From a virus (lineage: Duplodnaviria; Caudoviricetes): a stretch of DNA of 35,160 nucleotides. Location: positions 1-35,160 of IMG/VR virus record IMGVR_UViG_3300024051_000009. One strand, written 5' to 3'. A program made the translations under genes and the position numbers. The notes below the pieces were generated by a model, which had not been told where the DNA came from, searched no databases, and saw only the letters and a program-made list of their open reading frames with translations. Within the stretch, counting starts at the first letter, position 1; every line of letters starts with the position of its first letter. Positions 8,486-16,594 of the stretch are shown piece by piece.

Positions 8486-9363
8486 GCGTCGAGTCCATGT
8501 CGCTCGCCCTGCATCACTCGCGCGCGCAGGGCACGACGAAGCTTGTCCTGCTCGGCATCGCGAACCACGACGGCGACGGTGGCGCGTGGCCGACCGTCGC
8601 GACCCTCGCGAAGTACGCAGGCGGTGTCAACGAGCGCACCGTGCGACGTGCGATCGCCGAACTCGTCGACCTGGGGGAGATCGTCGTCCACGTCAACGCA
8701 GGCGGTGACCGGAACACCCGCGGCGACCAGCGCCCGAACCTCTACGAGGTCGTCCTGACGTGCCCCGACGAGTGCGACCGGTCGAAGAACCACCGAATCG
8801 ACGGGCGGACATGCACGTCCTCCCGTTCCGGTGACGGGGGGACACAGGCGTCCGAACGGGAGGACACCGGCGTCCGGAACGGGGGGACACCAGTGCCCGC
8901 CGAACCGTCCTTGAACCTTCCCTTGAACCGGGAGAGCGTGCGCGAGCGCGACGACGCGCCCCACGCGGTGGTCGGGGAGCTCTCTCCCTACGAAGACCTC
9001 GGAGGACGACCCGCGCCGCCTCCGCCCCCGCTGCACCCCGACCGCTGCCCGCTGCACCAGCTCGACGCCGTCCCGCCGCCGTGCGGCTCGTGCGGCGCAG
9101 CCCGCCGCGCGCACGAAGCCGCACTCGTCAGGACTGCCCGGGCCGAAGCCGCGGCCGAGCGCGAGCGCCGGCACGCCGAGGCCCGCCTCGCACGCGAGGC
9201 GATCGCCGCGTGCGGATGGTGCGACGACGACGGCTACATCCACGGGCGACCCTGCGACCACGTCCACCCCGAGCACCTTGCCCAGACCGCCCGTTCCGGT
9301 GCCGACGCCGCCCGCGCGGCCGCGGGCCTGCCGACCAAGCACCGACAGGAGGTCCACGCGTGA
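8482..9363 (+). CDS. HTH replication initiator-like protein
   Basis: KLVLLGIANHDGDGGAWPTVATLAKYA...ERTVRRAIAEL; C-terminal CPLH, PCGSC, CGWCDDDG motifs. Confidence 0.8.
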   Translation: MSVESMSLALHHSRAQGTTKLVLLGIANHDGDGGAWPTVATLAKYAGGVNERTVRRAIAELVDLGEIVVHVNAGGDRNTRGDQRPNLYEVVLTCPDECDRSKNHRIDGRTCTSSRSGDGGTQASEREDTGVRNGGTPVPAEPSLNLPLNRESVRERDDAPHAVVGELSPYEDLGGRPAPPPPPLHPDRCPLHQLDAVPPPCGSCGAARRAHEAALVRTARAEAAAERERRHAEARLAREAIAACGWCDDDGYIHGRPCDHVHPEHLAQTARSGADAARAAAGLPTKHRQEVHA

Positions 9364-9977
9364 GCACCAAGACCGCCCAGACCGACTACGAGCGTCGGTT
9401 CGTGACGTACCTGCGTCTCATGGCGGCATGCGTCGATGACCTCGTCGTCGGGTACGTCGAGCTGATCGGGATGGTCGCCCGCGGGGCAGGCGCACCACAC
9501 GGCGGCGGTGGACGGTCAACGGACGCCGTCGCCGCCCCGATCAGGATCGGCGTCGTCGACGCTGCCGCAGCGGTCGAACGGGTCGTCGAGCAGCACGTTC
9601 CGCTCGTGCGTGGTGCGCTGCGCCTCGGCCTGAACGCGGACGCCGCGACGTCACGACACCGGCGGACCGTCGACGGGCTGCGGTTCCTCGGTGCGTCGCT
9701 GCGCGCCGTGTACGAGACCGACCCCGACACGGGCGACCGGCTCACCGACGCACTGTGGGACGCGCGCCGCGACGTCACCCAGTACACCGGCGAGGGGACC
9801 AGGCCCTACCGTCTCGAGGACCCTTGCGAGGCGTGCGGACAGCACGCCGTGTGGGTGAACCCCACGAGCATCAGCGCCCGGTGCACCGCCTGCGGGAACA
9901 CCGCCGCATGGTCGGTCTCGCAACTCGTCCACGTGACCACCAGTTCGGGTCGACGCGGTGAGGCGAGCGAGCACTAG
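9360..9977 (+). CDS. Helical protein with C-terminal Zn ribbon
   Basis: GTGA-coupled start; PCEACG...ARCTACG...W. Confidence 0.7.
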   Translation: MSTKTAQTDYERRFVTYLRLMAACVDDLVVGYVELIGMVARGAGAPHGGGGRSTDAVAAPIRIGVVDAAAAVERVVEQHVPLVRGALRLGLNADAATSRHRRTVDGLRFLGASLRAVYETDPDTGDRLTDALWDARRDVTQYTGEGTRPYRLEDPCEACGQHAVWVNPTSISARCTACGNTAAWSVSQLVHVTTSSGRRGEASEH

Positions 9978-10010
9978 CGTGAGGGCTCCCAACCCCCGAG
10001 GAGCAGCACG

Positions 10011-10913
10011 ATGCCGCTGGACTTCACCGCGATCGACTTCGAGACTGCGAACAGCCACCGCCGTTCCGCTTGCGCGATCGGCCTGACGAAGATCCGCAAT
10101 GGCGACGTCACAGATCGGCTCGTCTCGTACATCCGACCACCTGACGACGTTCCGGACTTCACCAACACGTGGGTGCACCGCATCACAGCGCACGACGTGA
10201 GGGACGCACCGCGGTGGGACGCACTCCTACCCACCGTCCTCGACTTCGTCGGCGACGACTACCTGGTGGCGCACAACGCATCGTTCGACTCGTCCGTCTT
10301 CGTACGTACGACCGAGGCCTACGGGTCTCGCGCCGAGGGCCTCAGGTTCATGTGCACCTTGCGGGCCGCGCGCGCGATGCTCTCGCTTGGCTCGTACTCG
10401 CTGCCGTTCGTCGCGCGCGAGTTGGGCATCAGCGAGTTCGACCACCACGACGCCCGAGCAGACTCGGACGCCGCAGCCCGCGTAGCAGTGGCGCTCGCGG
10501 CCCGAGCCGGCGCGTCAACGATCACCGAGCTCATCGCAGCGCTCCCCGCCGGGCCCGCTCGAGACCGGAACGCGCCAGCAGCTTCCGCTGCTGAATGGGC
10601 GAACCTCGCGCAGGCGGACGCCCTCGTCGGAGAGACGGTGTGCTTCACCGGTGGGTTGCGCACCATGACTCGCGCCGTCGCTCAAGGCTTCGTGAGGTCC
10701 CTGGGCGGCGACGTGGCCGAGTCCGCGACGAAGAAGACGACCCTCGTAGTCACCGGAGACTTCGAAGCTCGCACGTTCGCGCCCGGCGCAACGATGTCGA
10801 GCAAGCTCGCCAAGGCGTTCTCGATGGCAGAAGCGGGCATCCCAGTGCGCATCGTGACCGAGGACGAGTTCTTGCAGATGGTCGACGTCACGGCGGACCA
10901 GGTGACCGGCTAA
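10011..10913 (+). CDS. DEDDh (DnaQ-like) 3'-5' exonuclease with C-terminal BRCT domain
   Basis: AIDFETAN, VAHNASFD, HHDARADS; BRCT VCFTGGL...GG...TKKTTLVVTG...SSKLAKA...IVTEDEF; GAGGAG RBS. Confidence 0.9.
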   Translation: MPLDFTAIDFETANSHRRSACAIGLTKIRNGDVTDRLVSYIRPPDDVPDFTNTWVHRITAHDVRDAPRWDALLPTVLDFVGDDYLVAHNASFDSSVFVRTTEAYGSRAEGLRFMCTLRAARAMLSLGSYSLPFVARELGISEFDHHDARADSDAAARVAVALAARAGASTITELIAALPAGPARDRNAPAASAAEWANLAQADALVGETVCFTGGLRTMTRAVAQGFVRSLGGDVAESATKKTTLVVTGDFEARTFAPGATMSSKLAKAFSMAEAGIPVRIVTEDEFLQMVDVTADQVTG

Positions 10914-10914
10914 G

Positions 10915-10930
10915 GCCGCGAGCTCGCGGC
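10915..10930. terminator. Palindrome between convergent genes (possible bidirectional terminator)
   Basis: GCCGCGAGCTCGCGGC perfect palindrome; no U-tract. Confidence 0.35.
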
Positions 10931-10944
10931 TCGACCTTGAGCGC

Positions 10945-11328
10945 CTACGCGGTACATGCCGAGGCCGCTCGCCAGTCGCGCCACAACTCGACGAGCTGTC
11001 GGGTCACGCCGAGTTCGCGCGCGAGCGCTCCGGGGTGCGGCCCGACCAACCGCTCGGCGAGCGCGTAGTCCGCGGGGGAGACGAGCAGGCGCGCCGCGTA
11101 GGTGTCCGCCTGCCGCTCGTCGCGGTCCCGGTCGTGGCTGCGGGTCCAGTCGTGACCGTGCCAGTGGTGGCCGCACTCGTGCGCCAGGGTCACGCGCTGG
11201 GTCAGCGCCGACTTCCGGGGGTTGAGCAGGACGACCCCCGACGAGGTGAGCTCGCCGTTCCGCCGGCCGAGGTCCCGCCAGACCACGCGCAGCCCCATCG
11301 CTTCCGCGTGCTCGATCACTTCGTCCAC
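10945..11328 (-). CDS. ImmA/IrrE-family Zn metallopeptidase
   Basis: QRVTLAHECGH (HExxH) and ERQADTYAARLL; GTG start at 11328 with AGGAG RBS. Confidence 0.9.
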   Translation of the reverse strand: MDEVIEHAEAMGLRVVWRDLGRRNGELTSSGVVLLNPRKSALTQRVTLAHECGHHWHGHDWTRSHDRDRDERQADTYAARLLVSPADYALAERLVGPHPGALARELGVTRQLVELWRDWRAASACTA

Positions 11329-11335
11329 CGTGCTC

Positions 11336-11776
11336 CTACGCCTCGTCCTGCTGAGCCTCGACCTCGGTGTCGATATCAGCATCTGAGGCGGCCAGTGTGT
11401 AGTCGGCCTCCGACACGGCCTTGAGACCGTGACGCTCGCCGATCGCGAGAAGCGCGGCGGCCTCGTCGAGAGCGGCCTGCGCGTCAGCGGCGGGGTAGAG
11501 CTCGCCGTCGCGCTCGCCGAGCGCGACGACCATGCGGTTGTAGGCAGTGTCCACGACCTCGTGGGGGTCGATCCCGATGGTCTCGCACGCCTCGCAGAGC
11601 ACGCTGAGCGGGATGTCTACCTTCCCGTTCAGCCAGCGGTTGAACGCGGAGACTGATCGCCCGTTCGCCTGGGCTACCGCCTGTGCGGTGAAGCCCTGGC
11701 TGATGATCCGGCCCTTCAGCTCGAGGCCGACGAACCGGGTGAACATCTCTGCGCGCTCACGCTCTCGTGTGCTCAT
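11336..11776 (-). CDS. ImmR-like XRE repressor #2
   Basis: HTH TAQAVAQANGRSVSAFNRWLNGKVDIP; directly upstream of the ImmA gene; divergent from a cro-like gene. Confidence 0.85.
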   Translation of the reverse strand: MSTRERERAEMFTRFVGLELKGRIISQGFTAQAVAQANGRSVSAFNRWLNGKVDIPLSVLCEACETIGIDPHEVVDTAYNRMVVALGERDGELYPAADAQAALDEAAALLAIGERHGLKAVSEADYTLAASDADIDTEVEAQQDEA

Positions 11777-11837
11777 GCAGGCACTCTACTGATCAGATCG
11801 AGCAACTGCAATGCTCAGATTGGCAACGTCCCCGTCT

Positions 11838-11882
11838 TGACCATTGCCGGTGTGGGCATCATGATTACTCACATGAGCAATC
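11838..11882 (+). promoter_or_regulatory. Switch #2 rightward (likely leaderless) promoter and operator
   Basis: -35 TTGACC (11838), -10-like CATGAT (11860); near-palindrome GATTACTCA-CA-TGAGCAATC (11863-11882) covers the ATG at 11873; related TGCTCA/GAGCA half-sites at 11770-11826. Confidence 0.55.
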
Positions 11883-12124
11883 GAGTGGAGTCCATCACCG
11901 AGTGGACGGCCCGGGCGGTCCAGCGGGCGATCGCCGACTCGGGCCGCTCCAAGCGCTCCGTCTCGGACGAGACCGGGATCCCGTACCCGACCCTCAACCG
12001 CAAGGTCGCGGGCAAGGGCGAGTTCACGTTCCGCGAGCTGCTCGCGCTCGCCGAGGGCCTCGGCGTCGCGCCCTCCGCCTTCACCCCGCCGCCCTTCGCC
12101 CGGACGCAGCAGCCCGCCGCCTGA
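11873..12124 (+). CDS. Cro-like HTH protein #2
   Basis: SKRSVSDETGIPYPTLNRKVAGKGEFTFRELLALAEGLGV. Confidence 0.85.
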   Translation: MSNRVESITEWTARAVQRAIADSGRSKRSVSDETGIPYPTLNRKVAGKGEFTFRELLALAEGLGVAPSAFTPPPFARTQQPAA

Positions 12125-12143
12125 CTGACAGGAGACCCCTCAC

Positions 12144-12920
12144 ATGACCGACATCGTGCGGCACGCGTTCCACGGCCAGGCCGTGCGCGTGATCACCGAC
12201 GAGCACGGCGAGCCCTGGTTCGTCCTGCGCGACCTGCTCACCGCGATCGGCGTCGTCCGCCGCCCGGCCTCCGTCATCGAACGGCTCGACCCCGATGGGG
12301 TACGCCAGACGTACCTCACCGACTCGCTCGGCCGACAGCAGGAGGCGTACATCGTCTCCGTGCCTGGCATGTACGAGGTCGTGCTCCGTTCCGACTCTCC
12401 GACCGCCGTCCCGTTCCGGCGTTGGGTGACGCACGAGGTGCTCCCATCGATCCGCCGGCACGGCGTGTACGCCACCCCGGCGGCGGCGGAGGTGATGCTT
12501 GCGGACCCGGACGTGATGATCCGGGTCCTGACCGAGCTCAAGGCTGAGCGGGAGCAGCGCGCGGCTCTCGCCGCCCGGGTCGAGGCGGACGCGCCGAAGG
12601 TGATCTTCGCGGACGCGGTCGCAGCGTCGGAGACCACGGTCCTCGTCGGGGAGCTCGCGAAGATCATGCGCGGCAACGGCGTCAACATCGGCGGGACGCG
12701 GCTCTTCGCGCGGCTCCGCGAGGACGGGTTCCTGATCCGTCGCCGCGGCACCGACTGGAACATGCCCACGCAGCGTGCGATGGACCTTGGCCTGTTCGTG
12801 ATCAAGGAGACCGCGATCACGCACAGCGACGGTCACGTGACGGTCTCGAAGACGCCCAAGGTCACCGGCAAGGGCCAGGCCTACTTCATCAACCGCTACG
12901 CCCGCGACGCCGCGGCCTGA
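12144..12920 (+). CDS. Phage antirepressor (BRO-N + KilAC/ANT)
   Basis: FHGQAVRVI...GEPWFV...FRRWVTHEVLPSIRRHGVY; PKVIFADAV...LFARLREDGFL...TPKVTGKGQAYFINRY. Confidence 0.93.
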   Translation: MTDIVRHAFHGQAVRVITDEHGEPWFVLRDLLTAIGVVRRPASVIERLDPDGVRQTYLTDSLGRQQEAYIVSVPGMYEVVLRSDSPTAVPFRRWVTHEVLPSIRRHGVYATPAAAEVMLADPDVMIRVLTELKAEREQRAALAARVEADAPKVIFADAVAASETTVLVGELAKIMRGNGVNIGGTRLFARLREDGFLIRRRGTDWNMPTQRAMDLGLFVIKETAITHSDGHVTVSKTPKVTGKGQAYFINRYARDAAA

Positions 12921-12940
12921 CACCACACAGGAGACCCCTC

Positions 12941-13129
12941 ATGCTGACCAACCACACCACGATCACCGCGACGGACGAGCCCGGACTGCGCGTCGTCGCG
13001 ACCGTCTCCCGCCTCGTCGTCGACGGCGCGACGTACATCAACGTCGAGGTCGACGAGCCGTTGACCCGTGACACGGCGCTCAAGCTCGCGGCGCGCCTCA
13101 CCCTCGCCGCGAACACCATCGCGGCCTGA
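12941..13129 (+). CDS. Small hypothetical protein
   Basis: AGGAG RBS; GC3-biased codons. Confidence 0.7.
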   Translation: MLTNHTTITATDEPGLRVVATVSRLVVDGATYINVEVDEPLTRDTALKLAARLTLAANTIAA

Positions 13130-13148
13130 ACAGGACTGGACCCTCACG

Positions 13149-13631
13149 ATGACCCACACGAACCTCACGACCGAACAAGCGCGACGCCTCGACGCGCTCG
13201 AGGGTGCCTCCCTCGCGATCCTGAACGTCGCCGTGCTCAACGCAGCGCAGATGCTCCCGCCCGAGATGTGGGCGCACCTCACGGCCCTCACCGACTGGAT
13301 CCTCGCCGGGGGCACCACCCCCAACCCTGCCCCCGACCGGCAGGCCCCCAGCGTGACCGCACCGGGCACCCCAGTGTGCCCCGGATGCGGTCAGGACCAC
13401 GAGCTCGCGGGCGTCGCGGACACCGTCCTGAAGGAGGCCGAGCGGGACGTGCACCGCATGGTGAAGAACCTGCGCGTGATGGGCATCGGTGACATCGCCG
13501 ACGACCTGCACGCCCTCGTCGAGTCCGACCGCCTCCGTGTGGCAGTCGCGACGACCGTCCGCGAGGTCCGCAAGTCCATCGACGCGACGAACCGTCTCCT
13601 GCGCGACCTCAGCGCCCTCGACACGAAGTAG
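13149..13631 (+). CDS. Hypothetical protein
   Basis: ATG 13149 with AGGA RBS; CPGCGQDH motif and helical C-terminus. Confidence 0.65.
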   Translation: MTHTNLTTEQARRLDALEGASLAILNVAVLNAAQMLPPEMWAHLTALTDWILAGGTTPNPAPDRQAPSVTAPGTPVCPGCGQDHELAGVADTVLKEAERDVHRMVKNLRVMGIGDIADDLHALVESDRLRVAVATTVREVRKSIDATNRLLRDLSALDTK

Positions 13632-13643
13632 CCGACCCCACAA

Positions 13644-13662
13644 CGTCTACCGAACGTAGACG
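13644..13662. promoter_or_regulatory. Perfect copy of the switch #1-type operator
   Basis: CGTCTAC-CGAAC-GTAGACG, intergenic, followed by half-site CGTCCA at 13664. Confidence 0.65.
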
Positions 13663-13701
13663 CCGTCCAAGAATCTGCTCCACCCTCACGGAGGACCACG
13701 A

Positions 13702-14121
13702 ATGCTTCACCACCTGCACCGCCGACTCCCGCACCGAGCGCGAGTCACCCTCGCCGCGATGACCATCGCCGCCGGTGTCGTCATCGCACTGACCGGCAAC
13801 CCGATGTCGGGCTCCACGATCCTGGCGTGCACGCTCGTCACCCTCGGGGGCTGGTGGCTCGTCGAGCTCGCAGCGCCCACCCAGGCCGCGATCACCGCAG
13901 AGATCAACCGGTCCGCTGCCGCCGAGTCCGCAGCGAACGACCGGTACCTGCGAGAGCACCGACGCGCGCTCGACGCCCGACGTGACGCCGCTAACGCCAC
14001 CGCACGCGCTGGAACCGCCGAAGCGGCAGCACACCGCGCTGACGCGACCGCGGCAGCCCTCATCGCCTACGCGTCCGGCGCACCCGCAGACGACGCGATG
14101 CGCACGTTCCGCACCGCCTGA
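13702..14121 (+). CDS. Membrane protein (two TM helices + Ala-rich coil)
   Basis: GGAGG RBS; hydrophobic VTLAAMTIAAGVVIAL and ILACTLVTLGGWWLV. Confidence 0.7.
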   Translation: MLHHLHRRLPHRARVTLAAMTIAAGVVIALTGNPMSGSTILACTLVTLGGWWLVELAAPTQAAITAEINRSAAAESAANDRYLREHRRALDARRDAANATARAGTAEAAAHRADATAAALIAYASGAPADDAMRTFRTA

Positions 14122-14162
14122 CCACCCACCCGAGCACCACCGAACGAGAGGACACCCCCCAC

Positions 14163-14531
14163 ATGACCGACCCCGGGCACGTGCGCCCCTTCGCGGACTT
14201 CCTCCGGGAACAGGCGAACGGACGCACCCACGACGAGCTGACCGACGCCCTCGCAGAGGTCGTCGCAGCCGTCCGCGACACCGGCAAGAAGGGCTCGGTG
14301 ACGCTCACGATCAACGTCACCCCGCTCAAGAACGGCGGCGGCGCGCTGACCGTGACCGACCTGGTGAAGAAGACCGTCCCGATCCACGACCGCCGCGCGT
14401 CGATCTTCTACGCGACCCCCACCGGGTCTCTCGTGAAGGACGACCCGAACCAGCCCACGTTCGAGGGGCTGCAGCAGGTCCCGGCACCCGCCGAGCCCCG
14501 CATCATCGACAGGCAGGAGAACCACGCATGA
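14163..14531 (+). CDS. Conserved partner of DUF2303 protein (YfdP-like)
   Basis: LAEVVAAVRDTGKKGSVTLTI...IFYATPTGSLVKDDPNQ. Confidence 0.75.
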   Translation: MTDPGHVRPFADFLREQANGRTHDELTDALAEVVAAVRDTGKKGSVTLTINVTPLKNGGGALTVTDLVKKTVPIHDRRASIFYATPTGSLVKDDPNQPTFEGLQQVPAPAEPRIIDRQENHA

Positions 14532-15388
14532 GCACGACGGACACACCCCCGCTCGGGGACGTCGAGGCCGCCGTCACGGCCGGGCAGAAGATCGCCAAGC
14601 CCGCGCCGCTCGACAGCCACGGACGCATGTGGGCGGTCACGAACCCGATCACCGGGCAGACGACCGTGCTCGACACGGCCGAGCTGTCCTGGCAGCACGA
14701 GCACGAGCACGCGGCACGCAAGAAGGGCTCCCGGACCCTGCGAGACGCCGAGAGCTTCGTTGCGTACGTCACCCGCCACGGCGGCACCGACACCGAGGTG
14801 TGGGCCGACGTGAAGGAACGAGCGGTGCTCGCCGTCATCAACGGCGACGCACCGACCCGCGACGGCAACCCCGGGCACGCCGATCACCGTGCGACCCTCA
14901 AGCTCCGCACGACCACCGCGTGGGACGCATGGCTCAAGCTCGACGGACGCCTCGTCGGGCAGGAAGAGTTCGCCGAGCACATCGAGACCCGTCAGGCCGA
15001 GGTCATCGACCCCGCTGGCGGAACGCTGCTCGAGATCGCGTCGACGTTCAAGGCGACGAAGTCCGTCGAGTTCGAGTCCGCGAAGCGACTGTCCGACGGG
15101 CAGACGGTCCTCGAGTACCGGGAGACGGTCGCATCGTCCGCCGGCAAGAAGGGTGACCTCGCTGTCCCCGAGACGTTCACCCTCGCGCTCGCACCCTTCG
15201 AGGGCTCCGCCCCGTACCAGATCACCGCACGCCTGCGGACCCGCGTCGACGGCGGTCACCTGTACATCGGGTACATCCTCGACCGCCCCGACGAGGTCCT
15301 CGAGGCCGCGTTCGCGGACGTCCTGCGGCAGATCACCACCGGACTGGCGGACGAGCCCTGCCCGATCCTCAACGGCTGGCCCGCCTGA
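14528..15388 (+). CDS. DUF2303 (YfdQ-like) protein
   Basis: DAESFVAYV, DHRATL, QEEFAEHIE, VPETFTLALAPFEG, ARLRTR motifs; ATGA-coupled. Confidence 0.8.
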   Translation: MSTTDTPPLGDVEAAVTAGQKIAKPAPLDSHGRMWAVTNPITGQTTVLDTAELSWQHEHEHAARKKGSRTLRDAESFVAYVTRHGGTDTEVWADVKERAVLAVINGDAPTRDGNPGHADHRATLKLRTTTAWDAWLKLDGRLVGQEEFAEHIETRQAEVIDPAGGTLLEIASTFKATKSVEFESAKRLSDGQTVLEYRETVASSAGKKGDLAVPETFTLALAPFEGSAPYQITARLRTRVDGGHLYIGYILDRPDEVLEAAFADVLRQITTGLADEPCPILNGWPA

Positions 15389-15401
15389 CCCGACCAACCA
15401 C

Positions 15402-15438
15402 GTCGGGGCGTGGCGGGCCCGCACCACCACGCCCCGAC
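15402..15438 (+). terminator. GC-rich hairpin after the DUF2303 gene, abutting a degenerate operator (15439-15457)
   Basis: 12-bp stem GTCGGGGCGTGG/CCACGCCCCGAC; then CGCCCA-N7-TAGACG and CGTCTA (15460). Confidence 0.45.
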
Positions 15439-15614
15439 CGCCCAGCAACCGTAGACGGACGTCTATGAAGGGGCCCCTCATGACACGGCCGCGTCAGTCG
15501 CCGAGCAGGTGGAGCACGACCTCCTGGTCGCCCTCGCCGTACTGAGGATCGAGGTGACCCCGTACGTCGAGCTCGACCCACCTTCACCGACAAACGACGA
15601 GGACGACACACCAG

Positions 15615-15933
15615 ATGACCCCCCTCCTGCCCCCCCGAGGCTCCGGCTGAGTCGCACCGCTGCGCCCCGCCGACGTACCCGGTCGCGCTCCCCGGCGGGC
15701 AGCGCGTGGCGACCGCCCCACGGGTGACACCAGCCGAGGGCAGCACGTGGGACTGCCCGGCGTGTCGGGCCGTGTGGGTCGTGCGACCCGTTCGACAGCC
15801 GCGATTCCGGTGGGGGACGGGGCATCGTCCGCACGCGCTCGAGTGGCGGCCCGTGCCGCGGGCGGTCACGCGCCGGCACTACGACCGACTCGCCACATAT
15901 CCCAGCCCGCCCAGCGAGGACTTCGACGCGTGA
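15615..15933 (+). pseudogene. Small Zn-binding protein gene frameshifted in a C7 tract
   Basis: GAGGA RBS + ATG 15615. Removing one C from 15630-15636 gives a continuous MTPLLPPEAPAESHRCAPP...WDCPACRAVW ORF ending at 15933. Confidence 0.5.
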
Positions 15934-16556
15934 GCCCGGTACCGCTCGAGCCGCCCCACAACCGCGGGAGCGTCGCACGCGGCGACGTGCCCGTCGCCGA
16001 GGGCCCGCGGCTCGTGCGCGGGCTCGGCATGACCCGCTGGCACCGCCCCCGCTCGGGCGTGATCCACGCCCGACACAACGGCGTCCCGACGTGGCAGCTG
16101 TGGTGCGGGCAGGTACTCACCGTGTTCGGTGACCGGTTCGAGACCGACGACGCCGAGCCGACGGACGGCCTGCCGGTGTGCGGGCCGTGCGAGGGCCGTG
16201 CGCTCGGCGCGGGGCACGGCGGAACGGTCACGCGCGCGGCCGACGGGGCTGTGGTGTTCGTCCCGGACTCGCAGACGAAGTACCGCACCCCGAAGCGCTG
16301 CCCTGGCACGGGGAACCCGGCGATGGTCGGCGAGGTCGACGAACCCCACGACTGGCGGGTCATCCGGTGCCTCGCGTGCGGGACGCTCGCCGTGATCGGG
16401 AACAGCCGCCACGGCTACGACGGAACCCGCGGAGGTCCCCGCGAGCACGCCCCGCACACGCTGCCGGAGCCCTGCCCGTTCCACGCGTGGGACCGCCTCG
16501 TCATCCGCGACGGCCGCACGGTGTGCTCCTGCGAAGACAAGGCGCAGACGTTGTGA
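15930..16556 (+). CDS. Cys-rich hypothetical phage protein
   Basis: GTGA-coupled; WCGQ, VCGPCEG, CLACG, PCPFH, CSC motifs. Confidence 0.7.
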   Translation: MSPVPLEPPHNRGSVARGDVPVAEGPRLVRGLGMTRWHRPRSGVIHARHNGVPTWQLWCGQVLTVFGDRFETDDAEPTDGLPVCGPCEGRALGAGHGGTVTRAADGAVVFVPDSQTKYRTPKRCPGTGNPAMVGEVDEPHDWRVIRCLACGTLAVIGNSRHGYDGTRGGPREHAPHTLPEPCPFHAWDRLVIRDGRTVCSCEDKAQTL

Positions 16557-16594
16557 CGACGTCTACAACCACGCCGGGCTGTGAGCAGCGTCCG

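Noticed and set aside
13702-14121. Holin
   Set aside because: Lies in the early region with no endolysin nearby; the lysis cassette is probably beyond the window
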